A stretch of DNA of 64,000 nucleotides from Blastocatellia bacterium (GCA_963765495.1 CAVXWP010000007.1:608001-672000); one strand, 5' to 3'; counted from the first letter of the stretch, positions 53,868 through 63,649 are shown. A program made the numbers and translations. The notes: generated by a model not told the origin, from the letters alone.

Positions 53868-56507
53868 ATGTTTTTTCTGAAGCAATTCTGTCGGCGTATG
53901 TACGCAGTGTTTCGCGGCAGCCGGATTGACCGGGATATTGATGAGGAACTGCGCTTTCATCTCGACATGCGGATTCAAGAAAATATCAGGTCCGGCATGA
54001 GCCCGGAAGACGCAAAGCGGGAGGCGCTTCGTCGCTTTGGCAACATCACGCGAATCAAGGAACAGAGTCACGACATTCGTGGAGGCGGCATGATAGAGAC
54101 TTTCCTCAAAGACATCAGATACGGCGTGCGAATGCTTATCAAGCAGCCTCTCTTTACAGTTGCTGCGGTCATCACGCTGGCCTTAGGGATAGGAGCCAAT
54201 ACAACGGTCTTCAGCGTAGTCAATGCTGTCGTGTTGCGACCTCTGCCGTTTAACGAGCCTGACCGGCTTGTCATGGTATGGGAAGTGAAACCGGATCAGG
54301 AAAAAGATGCGCAAGTCGCATCGCTTGCCGATTTCGTGGATTGGCGCGATCAGAATCGGGTCTTCGATGGTATGGCTGCTTACTTCAATTGGACCGCGAA
54401 CCTTACGGGGGTTGATGACCCCGAAAGAATCAAATCGGCAGTTGTAACCGGCAGCTTCTTCGAGACGCTCGGCGTGAGCGCAAAGATTGGTCGCGTTCTT
54501 CTCCCCGAAGACGACCGCCCGGGCTATGATTCAGTCGTATTGCTCAGTGATGGCCTGTGGAAACGCCGGTTCGGCGGAGACCCGCAAATCCTCGGAAAAA
54601 AATTGATGCTCAATGGAGCGGACCTCACCGTAGTCGGAATCATGCCGCCGGATTTCAGGTTCCCCGATGAGGAGGCGGGCATCTGGGTTCCCGCAGGGTT
54701 CGGCGCTAAACAGTTGCAGGATCGTCGTGGGAAGTTCATCAACGTAATAGCGCGGCTCAAACCGGGAATCGAGTTGAATCAGGCGCAGGCAGAAATGGAT
54801 ACGATTGCCGCCCGTTTGCAGTCGGAATACCCGGAGACAAATGCCGATTGGGGAGCGAGGGTCGCTCGCCTGGACGATGTGAGGGTCGGAAATGTCAGAT
54901 TGGCTTTATTCGTGCTGCTTGGAGCAGTCGTTTTAGTGCTGTTGATTGCCTGTGTGAACGTAGCCAATTTGCTGCTGGCGAGGGCGGCGGCCAGGCAAAG
55001 GGAATTTGCAATCCGCGCCGCCCTCGGCGCAAGTCGAGCCCGACTGTTTTCTCAGTTGCTCACAGAAAGTTTCCTGCTCGTGTTGCTTGGGGGGGCCGCA
55101 GGTGTTTTGCTTGCTTCGTGGGGTGTGTCGCTTATTACTTCATTGAATCCCGGCGACATCCCCCGGTTAAACGAGACGACGCTCGACGGTCGCGTCCTTG
55201 GTTTCACGATGGTCATCTCTGTGATTTCGGTGATGGCCTTCGGTCTTGCGCCTGCGCTTTTTGCTTCCAGACCAGATCCGCAGGAATCGCTCAAATCTGA
55301 GGGGCGAGGATCATCGAGCGGCTCAAAGCGCAGGCTCCGCAATGCTCTGGTGATCTCGGAAGTCGCCGTGGCGCTGATGCTGCTCATCGGAGCGGGCCTT
55401 ATGATAAAAAGTTTTCTGCGTCTGCAATCGGTTGATCCGGGTTTTAACTCTGATAATTTGCTGACGTTGCGCGTATGGCTGCCTTCGACCAGATATAAGG
55501 AGAATCACCGGCAAATAGCCTTTTTCCAGCAACTCATAAATCGAATCAAAGGCTTGCCCGGGGTACAATCGGCGGGCGCGGTTCAGGACCTACCTATACG
55601 GCGCAATCGTATGGGCTACGACTTTGCGATAGAAGGACGCGCTATTTTGGCGGGCGATGAGCCAAACGCAGGCTATCGCGCGGTCACTCCTGATTACTTT
55701 AAGACCATGAGCATCCCTCTTGCGAGCGGGCGATGGTTCAATGAGAAGGACGACAGCGATGCTCCGCCCGTGGTAATCATAAATCGGAGCATGGCCCGGC
55801 AATTCTGGTCCGATGAAGACCCCATTGGGAAGCGCATTCGATTCGGAGGCGAGGAGGCTCCGTGGTCTACGATAGTGGGTGTTGTCGGAGACGTAAAACA
55901 TATGGGGCTTGACGCGGATGAGGGGCCGGCCCTCTATCAGCCTCACTCTCAGAAACCTGAATATCTCAGATGGATGACTCTGGTAGTACGGACCAATGTC
56001 GAGCCTTTGAGCATTGTAAGTGCCGTACGCGAACAGGTGTCGGCGCTCGACAAGGATCAACCTGTATACGATGTCGCCACGATGAGACAACTTGTTTCCG
56101 AATCGATTGCGAATCCGCGATTTTATATGACCCTGCTTGGCCTGTTTGCCTTTGTCGCTTTGATACTCGCAACTGTAGGGGTTTATGGTGTCCTTGCCTT
56201 CTGGGTAACTCAACGCACAAAAGAGATCGGCATTCACATGGCTTTAGGGGCGCAGCAGAAAGACGTGATGAAACGCGTAATGGGCAAGGGTATCAAACTT
56301 GCGCTGACCGGAGTGGCGATAGGTCTGGTCGGAGCCTTCATCCTGACGCGCGCCCTGGACTCTCTTCTTTACAACGTGAGCGCGACCGATCCGACTACGT
56401 TCCTGGCCGTATCGCTGTTGCTGATATTTGTAGCGGCGCTGGCTTGCTACATACCCGCGCGTCGGGCTATGCGGGTTGACCCTGTGATTGCGCTGCGCTT
56501 CGATTGA
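53868..56507 (+). CDS. ADOP-type duplicated ABC permease with an N-terminal permease-prefix domain
   Basis: IDEELRFHL...GMSPEDAKREALRRFG prefix followed by the same ADOP motifs. Confidence 0.92.
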   Translation: MFFLKQFCRRMYAVFRGSRIDRDIDEELRFHLDMRIQENIRSGMSPEDAKREALRRFGNITRIKEQSHDIRGGGMIETFLKDIRYGVRMLIKQPLFTVAAVITLALGIGANTTVFSVVNAVVLRPLPFNEPDRLVMVWEVKPDQEKDAQVASLADFVDWRDQNRVFDGMAAYFNWTANLTGVDDPERIKSAVVTGSFFETLGVSAKIGRVLLPEDDRPGYDSVVLLSDGLWKRRFGGDPQILGKKLMLNGADLTVVGIMPPDFRFPDEEAGIWVPAGFGAKQLQDRRGKFINVIARLKPGIELNQAQAEMDTIAARLQSEYPETNADWGARVARLDDVRVGNVRLALFVLLGAVVLVLLIACVNVANLLLARAAARQREFAIRAALGASRARLFSQLLTESFLLVLLGGAAGVLLASWGVSLITSLNPGDIPRLNETTLDGRVLGFTMVISVISVMAFGLAPALFASRPDPQESLKSEGRGSSSGSKRRLRNALVISEVAVALMLLIGAGLMIKSFLRLQSVDPGFNSDNLLTLRVWLPSTRYKENHRQIAFFQQLINRIKGLPGVQSAGAVQDLPIRRNRMGYDFAIEGRAILAGDEPNAGYRAVTPDYFKTMSIPLASGRWFNEKDDSDAPPVVIINRSMARQFWSDEDPIGKRIRFGGEEAPWSTIVGVVGDVKHMGLDADEGPALYQPHSQKPEYLRWMTLVVRTNVEPLSIVSAVREQVSALDKDQPVYDVATMRQLVSESIANPRFYMTLLGLFAFVALILATVGVYGVLAFWVTQRTKEIGIHMALGAQQKDVMKRVMGKGIKLALTGVAIGLVGAFILTRALDSLLYNVSATDPTTFLAVSLLLIFVAALACYIPARRAMRVDPVIALRFD

Positions 56508-56647
56508 ATCTTTTGCCGGTTTGTTTCGCGTTCGACCACCCTCGGCCCTTGTGTGGCTCGTGGTTTGCCTTTACTCTCTAGCAAGTGGAAACTTGTATGA
56601 AAGCAATGCAGACACGAGGATAGAATTCGCTAAACGAGGAGAATATT

Positions 56648-57511
56648 ATGCGTTGGGTTGGACGAAGACAAAGCGACAATATTGAGGACCGTAGAGGGGT
56701 TTCAGGAAGAGGTCTGGCGGTCGGCGGAGGTCTTGGAGGAATAGTCGTTTTGCTGATAGCGATGTTTCTCGGGATAGACCCTCAGTCGTTACCGACAGGC
56801 AACGGCCCGCAACCTGATGCGGGGGGCGGGCGTCCGGGCGTGACCAATCCTGCCGAAGAGAAGATGAAGGAGTTCACAGGGGTGGTTCTGGCCGATACGG
56901 AAGATGTATGGCAAGAGCAGTTTCGCAAGCAACTGGGAAAGGAATATCGCAATCCTACGCTTGTGCTGTTTTCCGGGAGCAGCCAGTCGGGATGCGGATT
57001 CGCTTCCGCCGCCACGGGACCGTTTTATTGTCCGGCGGATCAAAAGGTCTACATAGACCTTCAGTTCTTTAACGAACTCGCGACTCGTTTTCGAGCGGCC
57101 GGTGATTTCGCCGAAGCCTATGTGATCGCTCACGAGATCGGACACCACGTACAGAATCAACTGGGAATACTAAACAAGGTTCATTCCAGCAGAGGCCGCC
57201 TGAGCGAAGCCGAATACAATCAGATGTCGGTGCGTTCGGAACTTCAGGCCGATTTTCTGGCTGGAGTCTGGGCTTACTACGATCAGAAAATGAAAAACAT
57301 TCTCGAACCGGGCGATCTGGAAGAGGCGCTTGGGGCCGCAAACGCTGTGGGTGATGACCGTCTGCAAAAGCAGGGACAGGGGTATGTTGTTCCCGATTCG
57401 TTCACGCACGGCACCTCCGAGCAGCGAGCCCGATGGTTCCGCCTGGGGTTTGAAACCGGAGATTTATCTCGGATGAATGACCTTTTCAAGCTCAGTTACA
57501 ATCAACTGTAA
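56648..57511 (+). CDS. Neutral zinc metallopeptidase (YpfJ-like)
   Basis: SDNIEDRRG, GPFYCPAD, YVIAHEIGHHVQ (HExxH), ELQAD, FTHGTSEQR. Confidence 0.9.
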   Translation: MRWVGRRQSDNIEDRRGVSGRGLAVGGGLGGIVVLLIAMFLGIDPQSLPTGNGPQPDAGGGRPGVTNPAEEKMKEFTGVVLADTEDVWQEQFRKQLGKEYRNPTLVLFSGSSQSGCGFASAATGPFYCPADQKVYIDLQFFNELATRFRAAGDFAEAYVIAHEIGHHVQNQLGILNKVHSSRGRLSEAEYNQMSVRSELQADFLAGVWAYYDQKMKNILEPGDLEEALGAANAVGDDRLQKQGQGYVVPDSFTHGTSEQRARWFRLGFETGDLSRMNDLFKLSYNQL

Positions 57512-57839
57512 AAGTTTTCCGGCGCTGGTTGATTCCTGAATTTGTATGTTTTTATTCGGGTTTATGGTATCGAAATCCCGATAAAGGCTTTTCTCGTACT
57601 TGGCTGATTTGTGCCTGTCTGAGCAGCTTTGCGCTCGGACAGGATATAAATGCAAGGTGTCATAGACTTTACGGAATACGTATGGTATTATATAAACTCA
57701 TTACAGCAGAGCGAGTGCTGCTGTTTGTATAGGCTTTCAGGAGTTCCCGCTGCTACTGCTTGGAGAGAGTTTGATCTCAATTTCTCATCCCCTTTCCCTC
57801 TATGCCTCGGAAGTTCCTAATAACAGATTCAGGAGAAAC

Positions 57840-58184
57840 ATGAATAAGAGAATTTACGTCGGAAATCTGTCGTACCAAACGACAGAGACTGACCTCACCA
57901 GCCTGTTTGAACAGGTTGGACAGGTCGAAACAGTTAACATCATATCAGACCGCGACACGGGACGATCCAAGGGCTTTGCTTTTGTGGAAATGGGCGAAGA
58001 GGATGCCGAGAAGGCAATTGCGCAGTTCAATGGAACTGAGGTCAACGGGCGTTCGCTGACCGTCAACGAGGCTAAACCGCGTGAGGAGCGTACGGGCAAC
58101 CGTGGAGGCGGCTACGGCGGATCGCGTAACAGCGGCGGTCGCGGTGGCGGTCGCAGCGGCGGCGGATATGGAAGCCGATACTAA
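57840..58184 (+). CDS. RRM RNA-binding protein with a Gly-rich tail
   Basis: RNP2 IYVGNL, RNP1 KGFAFVEM, VNEAKPR; AGGAG RBS. Confidence 0.93.
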   Translation: MNKRIYVGNLSYQTTETDLTSLFEQVGQVETVNIISDRDTGRSKGFAFVEMGEEDAEKAIAQFNGTEVNGRSLTVNEAKPREERTGNRGGGYGGSRNSGGRGGGRSGGGYGSRY

Positions 58185-58410
58185 CCCCGATCAGGGTATA
58201 GAATGAAGGGGATAGGACGGGATAAAAGAGCTAGGATTCTACTTATCCCGTCCGCCTCATTTTTTGCAATCACGCTGCTCGGATACGATTGTTAGGAAAC
58301 AAACATTTATAAAGCACTCCGATCAATCCGCCCCATCAGCATTTATTTTCACCACTGCTGCTCTGAATACAACAGAGATTCACCGAAGTAGTGTTTCGAA
58401 AGAGAGATTC

Positions 58411-59628
58411 ATGAGTTTAGACGATTTCAAAAAGCTGGGCCTTAGCGCGCGGCTTGTCAACGTGCTTAAGAAGCACGAAATAACAGACCCAACAGAGATT
58501 CAAACAGGGTCCATACCGCTCGCGATTGAAGGCCGCGACCTTATGGCTTCGGCCGAAACGGGCTCCGGTAAGACGCTTGCCTTTCTGCTCCCGATCATCG
58601 AACGATTCGGGCAACCCGGCGCTTTGCGAGGGCTTATACTTGCGCCGACCCGCGAGCTTGCCGCGCAGATCGAAGCGAACGCAAAGCTCTACGGCAAGGG
58701 GGCCGGTCTCCGCACCGTGTCGGTTGTCGGAGGCGAGAGCATATCCCGACAGATAAAGGCGCTCAAATCGGGCGCTGACATACTGATTGCCACCCCTGGA
58801 CGCTTGAACGATTTGATAGAGCGCGGCACGGTGCCTCTCAAAGCGATAGATGTTCTGGTGCTTGATGAAGCCGACCGCATGCTCGATATGGGCTTTCTTC
58901 CACAGGTAAGACGCATCATCAAACATATTCCCGCAAGGCGGCAGACAATGCTCTTTACCGCGACGCTTTCAACGGCGGTTGAACGGCTGTCACAGGAATT
59001 GCTGACCAACTATGCGCGGGTCGAGGCCGCCCGTATCGCAACGACTACAGCGACCCTCACCCAGAAGGCATTCCCCGTACTTTCACACGCCAAGCTGCCG
59101 TTGCTGCTCGAATTGCTCAAACAGCACGAAGGAGATACTTTCCTCATCTTCACGCAGACGAGACGGGGAGCCGACAGGTTGACGCATGTTTTGACGGCCA
59201 ACAAATATGATGTGGTCACGCTTCATTCCGACCGCAGCCAGTCGCAGCGCAACAGCGCGATGGCAAGCTTTCGCTCGGGCCGGGCGCGGGTGCTTGTGGC
59301 GACCGATGTCGCAGCGCGCGGAATCGATGTCGATGACATTTCGTTTGTGGTCAATTACGAAGTGCCCTCGACAGGCGAAGATTATATACATAGAGTCGGG
59401 CGTACGGCTCGCGCGGGCCGCGACGGCTCTGCCTTTACACTGGTAAGTCCCGAAGAAGAGCCGGGACTGGCTTCAATCGAACGTTTCACCGGAGTCAAGC
59501 TTGAAAGAACCAGGCTAAACGGCTTTTCGGACGGCAGGTCCAGAGAGCAGGTGAAATTGACGAGCGAGATAGCTCGATTGCGTTCATCCTCGACGCGTTC
59601 ATTTAGTCCGCGCCGGGCATCGCGATAA
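58411..59628 (+). CDS. DEAD-box RNA helicase (RhlE-like)
   Basis: PTEIQ, AETGSGKT, PTRELA, TPGRL, DEAD, ARGID, HRVGRTAR. Confidence 0.93.
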   Translation: MSLDDFKKLGLSARLVNVLKKHEITDPTEIQTGSIPLAIEGRDLMASAETGSGKTLAFLLPIIERFGQPGALRGLILAPTRELAAQIEANAKLYGKGAGLRTVSVVGGESISRQIKALKSGADILIATPGRLNDLIERGTVPLKAIDVLVLDEADRMLDMGFLPQVRRIIKHIPARRQTMLFTATLSTAVERLSQELLTNYARVEAARIATTTATLTQKAFPVLSHAKLPLLLELLKQHEGDTFLIFTQTRRGADRLTHVLTANKYDVVTLHSDRSQSQRNSAMASFRSGRARVLVATDVAARGIDVDDISFVVNYEVPSTGEDYIHRVGRTARAGRDGSAFTLVSPEEEPGLASIERFTGVKLERTRLNGFSDGRSREQVKLTSEIARLRSSSTRSFSPRRASR

Positions 59629-59688
59629 AACCTTGCGCGAATCATTGATTCAATGATTCGCGCCATAACGAAAGAAAGAGGTGATATT

Positions 59689-59910
59689 ATTTCTAAAGAA
59701 GACATGATCCCCGTAGAGGGAACCGTGACCGAATGTGTGGGAAACGCTAACTTCAAAGTTAAGGTAGCCGAAGGGCATGAAGTGTTGGCGCATCTTTCCG
59801 GCAAGATGCGAAAGTTTTATATAAAGGTCCTGGCCGGAGACAAGGTCAAGGTTGAATTGTCGCCTTACGATCTGACGAGGGGCCGCATAACTTACAGGCA
59901 TCGAAGCTAG
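59689..59910 (+). CDS. infA: Translation initiation factor IF-1, probable ATT start
   Basis: [12 protein letters not shown]...AHLSGKMR...[21 protein letters not shown]; GAGGTG SD 5 nt before ATT 59689. Confidence 0.9.
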   Translation: MSKEDMIPVEGTVTECVGNANFKVKVAEGHEVLAHLSGKMRKFYIKVLAGDKVKVELSPYDLTRGRITYRHRS

Positions 59911-59939
59911 CCTGAAGAACGATTGGCAGGGAAAGTTCA

Positions 59940-60046
59940 GAGTTCACGCTTTAGCACATACCCTTTAGCACACACTCTTTAGCACACACTCTTTAGCGCG
60001 CACCCGCGAAATAAAGACCGGCTAAAGCCTGCTAAAGCTTGAACTC
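59940..60046. repeat. REP-like inverted repeat enclosing a 14-bp tandem array (4 copies)
   Basis: GAGTTCACGCTTTAGC ... GCTAAAGCTTGAACTC; internal CTTTAGCACACACT units at 59949-60004. Confidence 0.75.
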
Positions 60047-60130
60047 AAAATATTTTCATCACAGGACGCTAGTTGAAACTCAATCGGTCAGGCGCGAAAC
60101 GACCGTTGATCGAAGATTAGGAGCACTGTC

Positions 60131-60580
60131 ATGAAATTGAAAATGCTTCGTTTTCTGAGTCTCTTTTTCACCGCACTGGCTCTCGGACCCGCCCTCGCGC
60201 ACCTCCTGGAATTACTAAACAAAATCAACCTTTCACACGACGATTATCTGACGGTTCAGCAGATATATCGAGGCTGGGCCTTGCTTGGAATAGTCGTTGC
60301 GGGCGAGTTGTTTTCAACCCTTGCTCTGACCGTTCTGGTTCGTAAACAGAGAAAGGTTTTCACTTTGACTCTGATAGCCCTGCTCTCGATTGTGGGAGCG
60401 CAGGTTGTCTTCTGGGTATTCACTTATCCTGCAAATCAGATAACAAATAACTGGACCATGTTGCCTGTAAACTGGGAGACGCTTCGCGCTCAGTGGGAAT
60501 ACTCTCACGCTGCGGGCGCAGGTCTGAACCTGATTGCGATGATTACCCTGATTCTATCCATTCTTGTGAAGGATGAGTAA
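60131..60580 (+). CDS. DUF1772-like membrane protein
   Basis: Four hydrophobic segments, AHLLEL, TYPAN, WETLRAQWEYSH. Confidence 0.7.
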   Translation: MKLKMLRFLSLFFTALALGPALAHLLELLNKINLSHDDYLTVQQIYRGWALLGIVVAGELFSTLALTVLVRKQRKVFTLTLIALLSIVGAQVVFWVFTYPANQITNNWTMLPVNWETLRAQWEYSHAAGAGLNLIAMITLILSILVKDE

Positions 60581-60730
60581 AATGCTTTTTGGCCGAGCCG
60601 GATCATTTCTACTGTGGTCAGATTCTTATTTGATCTGATCAGGCGGAATTCGCCGCAGTTGTGTTATCCGTCGTTGATTGCCCTTCATTTTTCGCTTAAA
60701 TCGCGGGTTCGAAAAAATCTTTCTTTTTTT

Positions 60731-60782
60731 GATACTTTTTTGATATTTTCTCCGCATATGTAAATGAGCGGCGATTATCGCC
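60731..60782 (+). promoter_or_regulatory. Conserved upstream motif (putative ECF promoter), copy 1
   Basis: GATACTTTTT...TTTTC.CCGCATAT, repeated with identical spacing at 61959-62009. Confidence 0.6.
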
Positions 60783-60923
60783 ACTCAATCTGACCCACTC
60801 TAAGGATCAGGGAGGCATTAGAAAATGCCGAACAGAAAAAGATTCAAAATCGGATGAGCAATCACCTGCCCGCGCGGCAAGTGGTTTATGTAGAGACGAT
60901 AAGAGAAAAAAAGGAATAACAAA

Positions 60924-61835
60924 ATGAACCACCACTACACCTATCAAGCCACACTCGCAGCTTCGGAGAAAATAATGTGGCGTGTCGAAGACATAATCGG
61001 AGGAGACAAGAAACTCGATTTCAATCACCCTTTCATGCCGGAAGCCCTGGCGCAGGTGGAATCGCTTTCTTTTCTCACGGCGGAAGAGCGACTGAAACTG
61101 AACCAGATAAGAGGATATGGCTACCTGTACCTTTTCGGTGTTGTTGAGGAGTTTATTCTCCCGTTCCTGCTTGATCACGCAAGACCGCATTTGAATGGCG
61201 ACGATTATCGCGTGCGCGCAATCTTGCAGTTTGCGACCGAAGAGGCGAAGCACATACACCTGTTCAACTGTTTTCGCGAAGAGTTCGAAAACAACTTCGG
61301 GAGCGCCTGCTCGGTCATAGGCCCGTCCGACGAAATCGGGCGAGCCGTGTTGTCACATCATCCGCTCGCGGTCGCGCTGGCGATTCTGCAAATAGAATGG
61401 ATGACGCTTGGTCACTATCTTGACAGCATCAATGACAACGGTGACCTCGACCCGCAGTTCAAGAGTCTGCTCAAACATCACTGGATGGAGGAGTCTCAAC
61501 ACGCAAAGCTTGACGTGTTGATGGTAGAGGCGCTGGCCGATTCGATGAGCGAGCAGGAGATTCGTGCCGCTGTAGAGGAATACCTTGAAATCGGAGGCTT
61601 TCTCGATAGTGGACTCATGCAGCAGGTAGAATTCGATCTTGAAAGCCTGTCGCGCGCAACCGGACGCATCCTGTCGGAAAGCGAGCAGGAGCAGGTCAGA
61701 AAGGCTCAGCAGAAGGCGATGCGCTGGACCTTCCTCGGATCGGGACTGACACACGAGAAGTTCCTGGGCACGCTTGAGCGGTTGCACCCCTCGGCAAGAG
61801 CGCGCATAGAAGAGATCACTCCGGCTTTTTGCTGA
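60924..61835 (+). CDS. Ferritin-like diiron protein (AurF-like)
   Basis: VEEF, EEAKH, IEW and EESQH diiron ligand pattern. Confidence 0.75.
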   Translation: MNHHYTYQATLAASEKIMWRVEDIIGGDKKLDFNHPFMPEALAQVESLSFLTAEERLKLNQIRGYGYLYLFGVVEEFILPFLLDHARPHLNGDDYRVRAILQFATEEAKHIHLFNCFREEFENNFGSACSVIGPSDEIGRAVLSHHPLAVALAILQIEWMTLGHYLDSINDNGDLDPQFKSLLKHHWMEESQHAKLDVLMVEALADSMSEQEIRAAVEEYLEIGGFLDSGLMQQVEFDLESLSRATGRILSESEQEQVRKAQQKAMRWTFLGSGLTHEKFLGTLERLHPSARARIEEITPAFC

Positions 61836-61844
61836 TCAAGCCGA

Positions 61845-61931
61845 TAGACAGGATTGACGAGATTTGGAAAGATTCGACAAGATTCTATTTTAATTTTGTC
61901 GAATCAGGTCCAATCCTGTTGATCCTGTCTA
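61845..61931. repeat. GACAGGATT palindromic element, copy 4
   Basis: TAGACAGGATTGACGAGATT...AATCCTGTTGATCCTGTCTA. Confidence 0.8.
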
Positions 61932-61958
61932 AATAATGCCAGAAATTTTTCGGAGCGT

Positions 61959-62009
61959 GATACTTTTTCAGAATTTTCCCCGCATATACAGATGAAGCGG
62001 TCATCGCCG
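61959..62009 (+). promoter_or_regulatory. Conserved upstream motif (putative ECF promoter), copy 2
   Basis: GATACTTTTTCAGAATTTTCCCCGCATAT; matches 60731. Confidence 0.6.
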
Positions 62010-62043
62010 TTGAATCTAAAGAGACAAGGAAAGGAAAATAAAA

Positions 62044-62643
62044 ATGCAAGCGACTACATCAGAGAAGACGAAAAGCGAAGCTACGGAAAGCCAGCCCGTC
62101 AATGGAGTCAATGTCAACCAGTTGTTCGATACGATCAACGCCATAAAGGAAACGCCCGAACTTGCCAATTTCAAGTTTCGCGCTACAAATAAATGGATCA
62201 ACGGCGGGCACAATCGCACTACCGTCAGTGGTTTTTACGGCGCGGGCCAGGAGCATACATCTGAAAAAAGACCCTTCGTAATCGATGCGGCCGAACATCC
62301 GGTTCTTCTGGGGGAAGATCAGGGAGCCAACCCGGTAGAATATGTTCTGCACGCACTGGCAGGCTGCCTGACGACATCGCTCGTCTATAACGCGGCAGCC
62401 CGTGGCATCAAAATAGACGAAGTGGAATCGCGGTTTGAAGGCGATATCGACCTCAGAGGATTTCTGGCGCTGTCCGAAGATGTCAGGAACGGATACGAGA
62501 ATATACGCGTGACCTTCAAAATTAAGGCGGACGCGCCCGTCGAAGTACTTCAGGAACTCTGTGAACTGGCCCAGAATCGTTCGCCCGTCTTTGATATCAT
62601 TTCCAACCCCGTGCCTATCCAGGTCCGGCTGGAAACAGAGTAA
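62044..62643 (+). CDS. OsmC family protein
   Basis: VNGVNV, GEDQGANPVEYVLHALAGC, EGDIDLRGFL, RSPVFD. Confidence 0.88.
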   Translation: MQATTSEKTKSEATESQPVNGVNVNQLFDTINAIKETPELANFKFRATNKWINGGHNRTTVSGFYGAGQEHTSEKRPFVIDAAEHPVLLGEDQGANPVEYVLHALAGCLTTSLVYNAAARGIKIDEVESRFEGDIDLRGFLALSEDVRNGYENIRVTFKIKADAPVEVLQELCELAQNRSPVFDIISNPVPIQVRLETE

Positions 62644-62773
62644 GCGCACTCGAAGATGAGCGTCAGGCTGCATGATACGTGATGCGTGACTTTTATGGAG
62701 ATTGCCTGTAAAAGGCACCTCGTTACTCTGTTTGATTACGCATTACGTATCACGCATCGCTCTTTGCATCAGA

Positions 62774-63505
62774 TTATTTAGCGGCTCCGGTTGCCGCCAT
62801 CGCCTTTGACATATACTCCATATACTCAGGCATCCTCGGGTCCATGCCAAACTGAACGGCGGCATCAGGCTCCTGTTTATACATACTGCCCAGCGATTTT
62901 TCTATCTCAGGGTTGCCGCCGGTGAATTCCTCTATCAGTCCTCTCCACTTTTTGACGAGAGCCTGCACGCGCCGGCTTGAAGGGTCTGTTCCGTTGTCTA
63001 TCTCGGCGCGTACCTGTGCGAACAGTTCCTTCCACTCAGCTTCTACCTGACAAATCCTCTCTTCGCCGATACTCGCTTTCTTCTGCTTCAGTTCTTCAAG
63101 TTGCTCAGGTGTATAGTATTTCTCAAACATGCTCATCACCTCCATAGATTTGATTAATTGCTCGACGGAGGGTTCGCCCGTCAGGCGAATGCTCTCCGCG
63201 ATAGCCTCCAGCCGCTCGCAAAGCCTGCGCTCTAACTCAATCTGTTCTCTGAGCCGTGCCAGATGAAGCTCGATCACGCGCTTGATAGAGAAGTCTGAAC
63301 GTTCCAGACATTCGCGGATCTCATCAAGAGTGAACCCCAGTTGCCTGAGCGATCTGATCTGCTGTAATCGAGCAATGTCCCGCGCCGAATAGAGCCGATG
63401 TCCAGACCCTGTGTGGTGCGACGGCGAAAGTAAATTGATCTCGTCGTAATAGCGCAAGGTGCGAACCGATAATCCCGTCCGTTTTGCGAGTGCTCCGATC
63501 TTCAT
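62774..63505 (-). CDS. MerR family regulator with a TipAS-like C-terminal domain
   Basis: MKIGALAKRTGLSVRTLRYYDEINLL, GHRLYS, DPSS..VQ.LV..W...I..FTGG. Confidence 0.9.
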   Translation of the reverse strand: MKIGALAKRTGLSVRTLRYYDEINLLSPSHHTGSGHRLYSARDIARLQQIRSLRQLGFTLDEIRECLERSDFSIKRVIELHLARLREQIELERRLCERLEAIAESIRLTGEPSVEQLIKSMEVMSMFEKYYTPEQLEELKQKKASIGEERICQVEAEWKELFAQVRAEIDNGTDPSSRRVQALVKKWRGLIEEFTGGNPEIEKSLGSMYKQEPDAAVQFGMDPRMPEYMEYMSKAMAATGAAK

Positions 63506-63555
63506 AGATTGCCAATCTCCTGCTCTCTATATTCCGGGGTTGTGACCTCTTCTCG

Positions 63556-63586
63556 ATGGTACAACCTGACGTTACGTGAGGATCAA
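63556..63586 (-). promoter_or_regulatory. MerR-type promoter with a 19-bp spacer and TipA-like dyad
   Basis: Minus strand TTGATC-N19-TACCAT containing the dyad CCTCACGTAACGTCAGG. Confidence 0.75.
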
Positions 63587-63615
63587 GCTTTTTTTGAGAT
63601 CGACCGGAAATTTTC

Positions 63616-63647
63616 TTGACAGTAAAGAATAGGTGTATATACTCCTA
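63616..63647 (+). promoter_or_regulatory. Sigma70 promoter with an overlapping palindromic operator for the MarR gene
   Basis: TTGACA-N16-TATACT; palindrome TAGGTGTATATACTCCTA; ATG lies 6 nt after the -10 box. Confidence 0.65.
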
Positions 63648-63649
63648 AT

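Noticed and set aside
57520-57835. Structured ncRNA or thermosensor in the long leader of the RRM gene
   Set aside because: Only a short hairpin (ACAGCAG...CTGCTGT) is visible and no known family can be supported by eye.
45577-61931. CRISPR array from the ACAGGATT repeats or the 13-14 bp tandem repeats
   Set aside because: There are no regularly spaced 23-47 bp repeats with unique spacers and no cas genes; the copies are dispersed palindromes or spacerless tandems.
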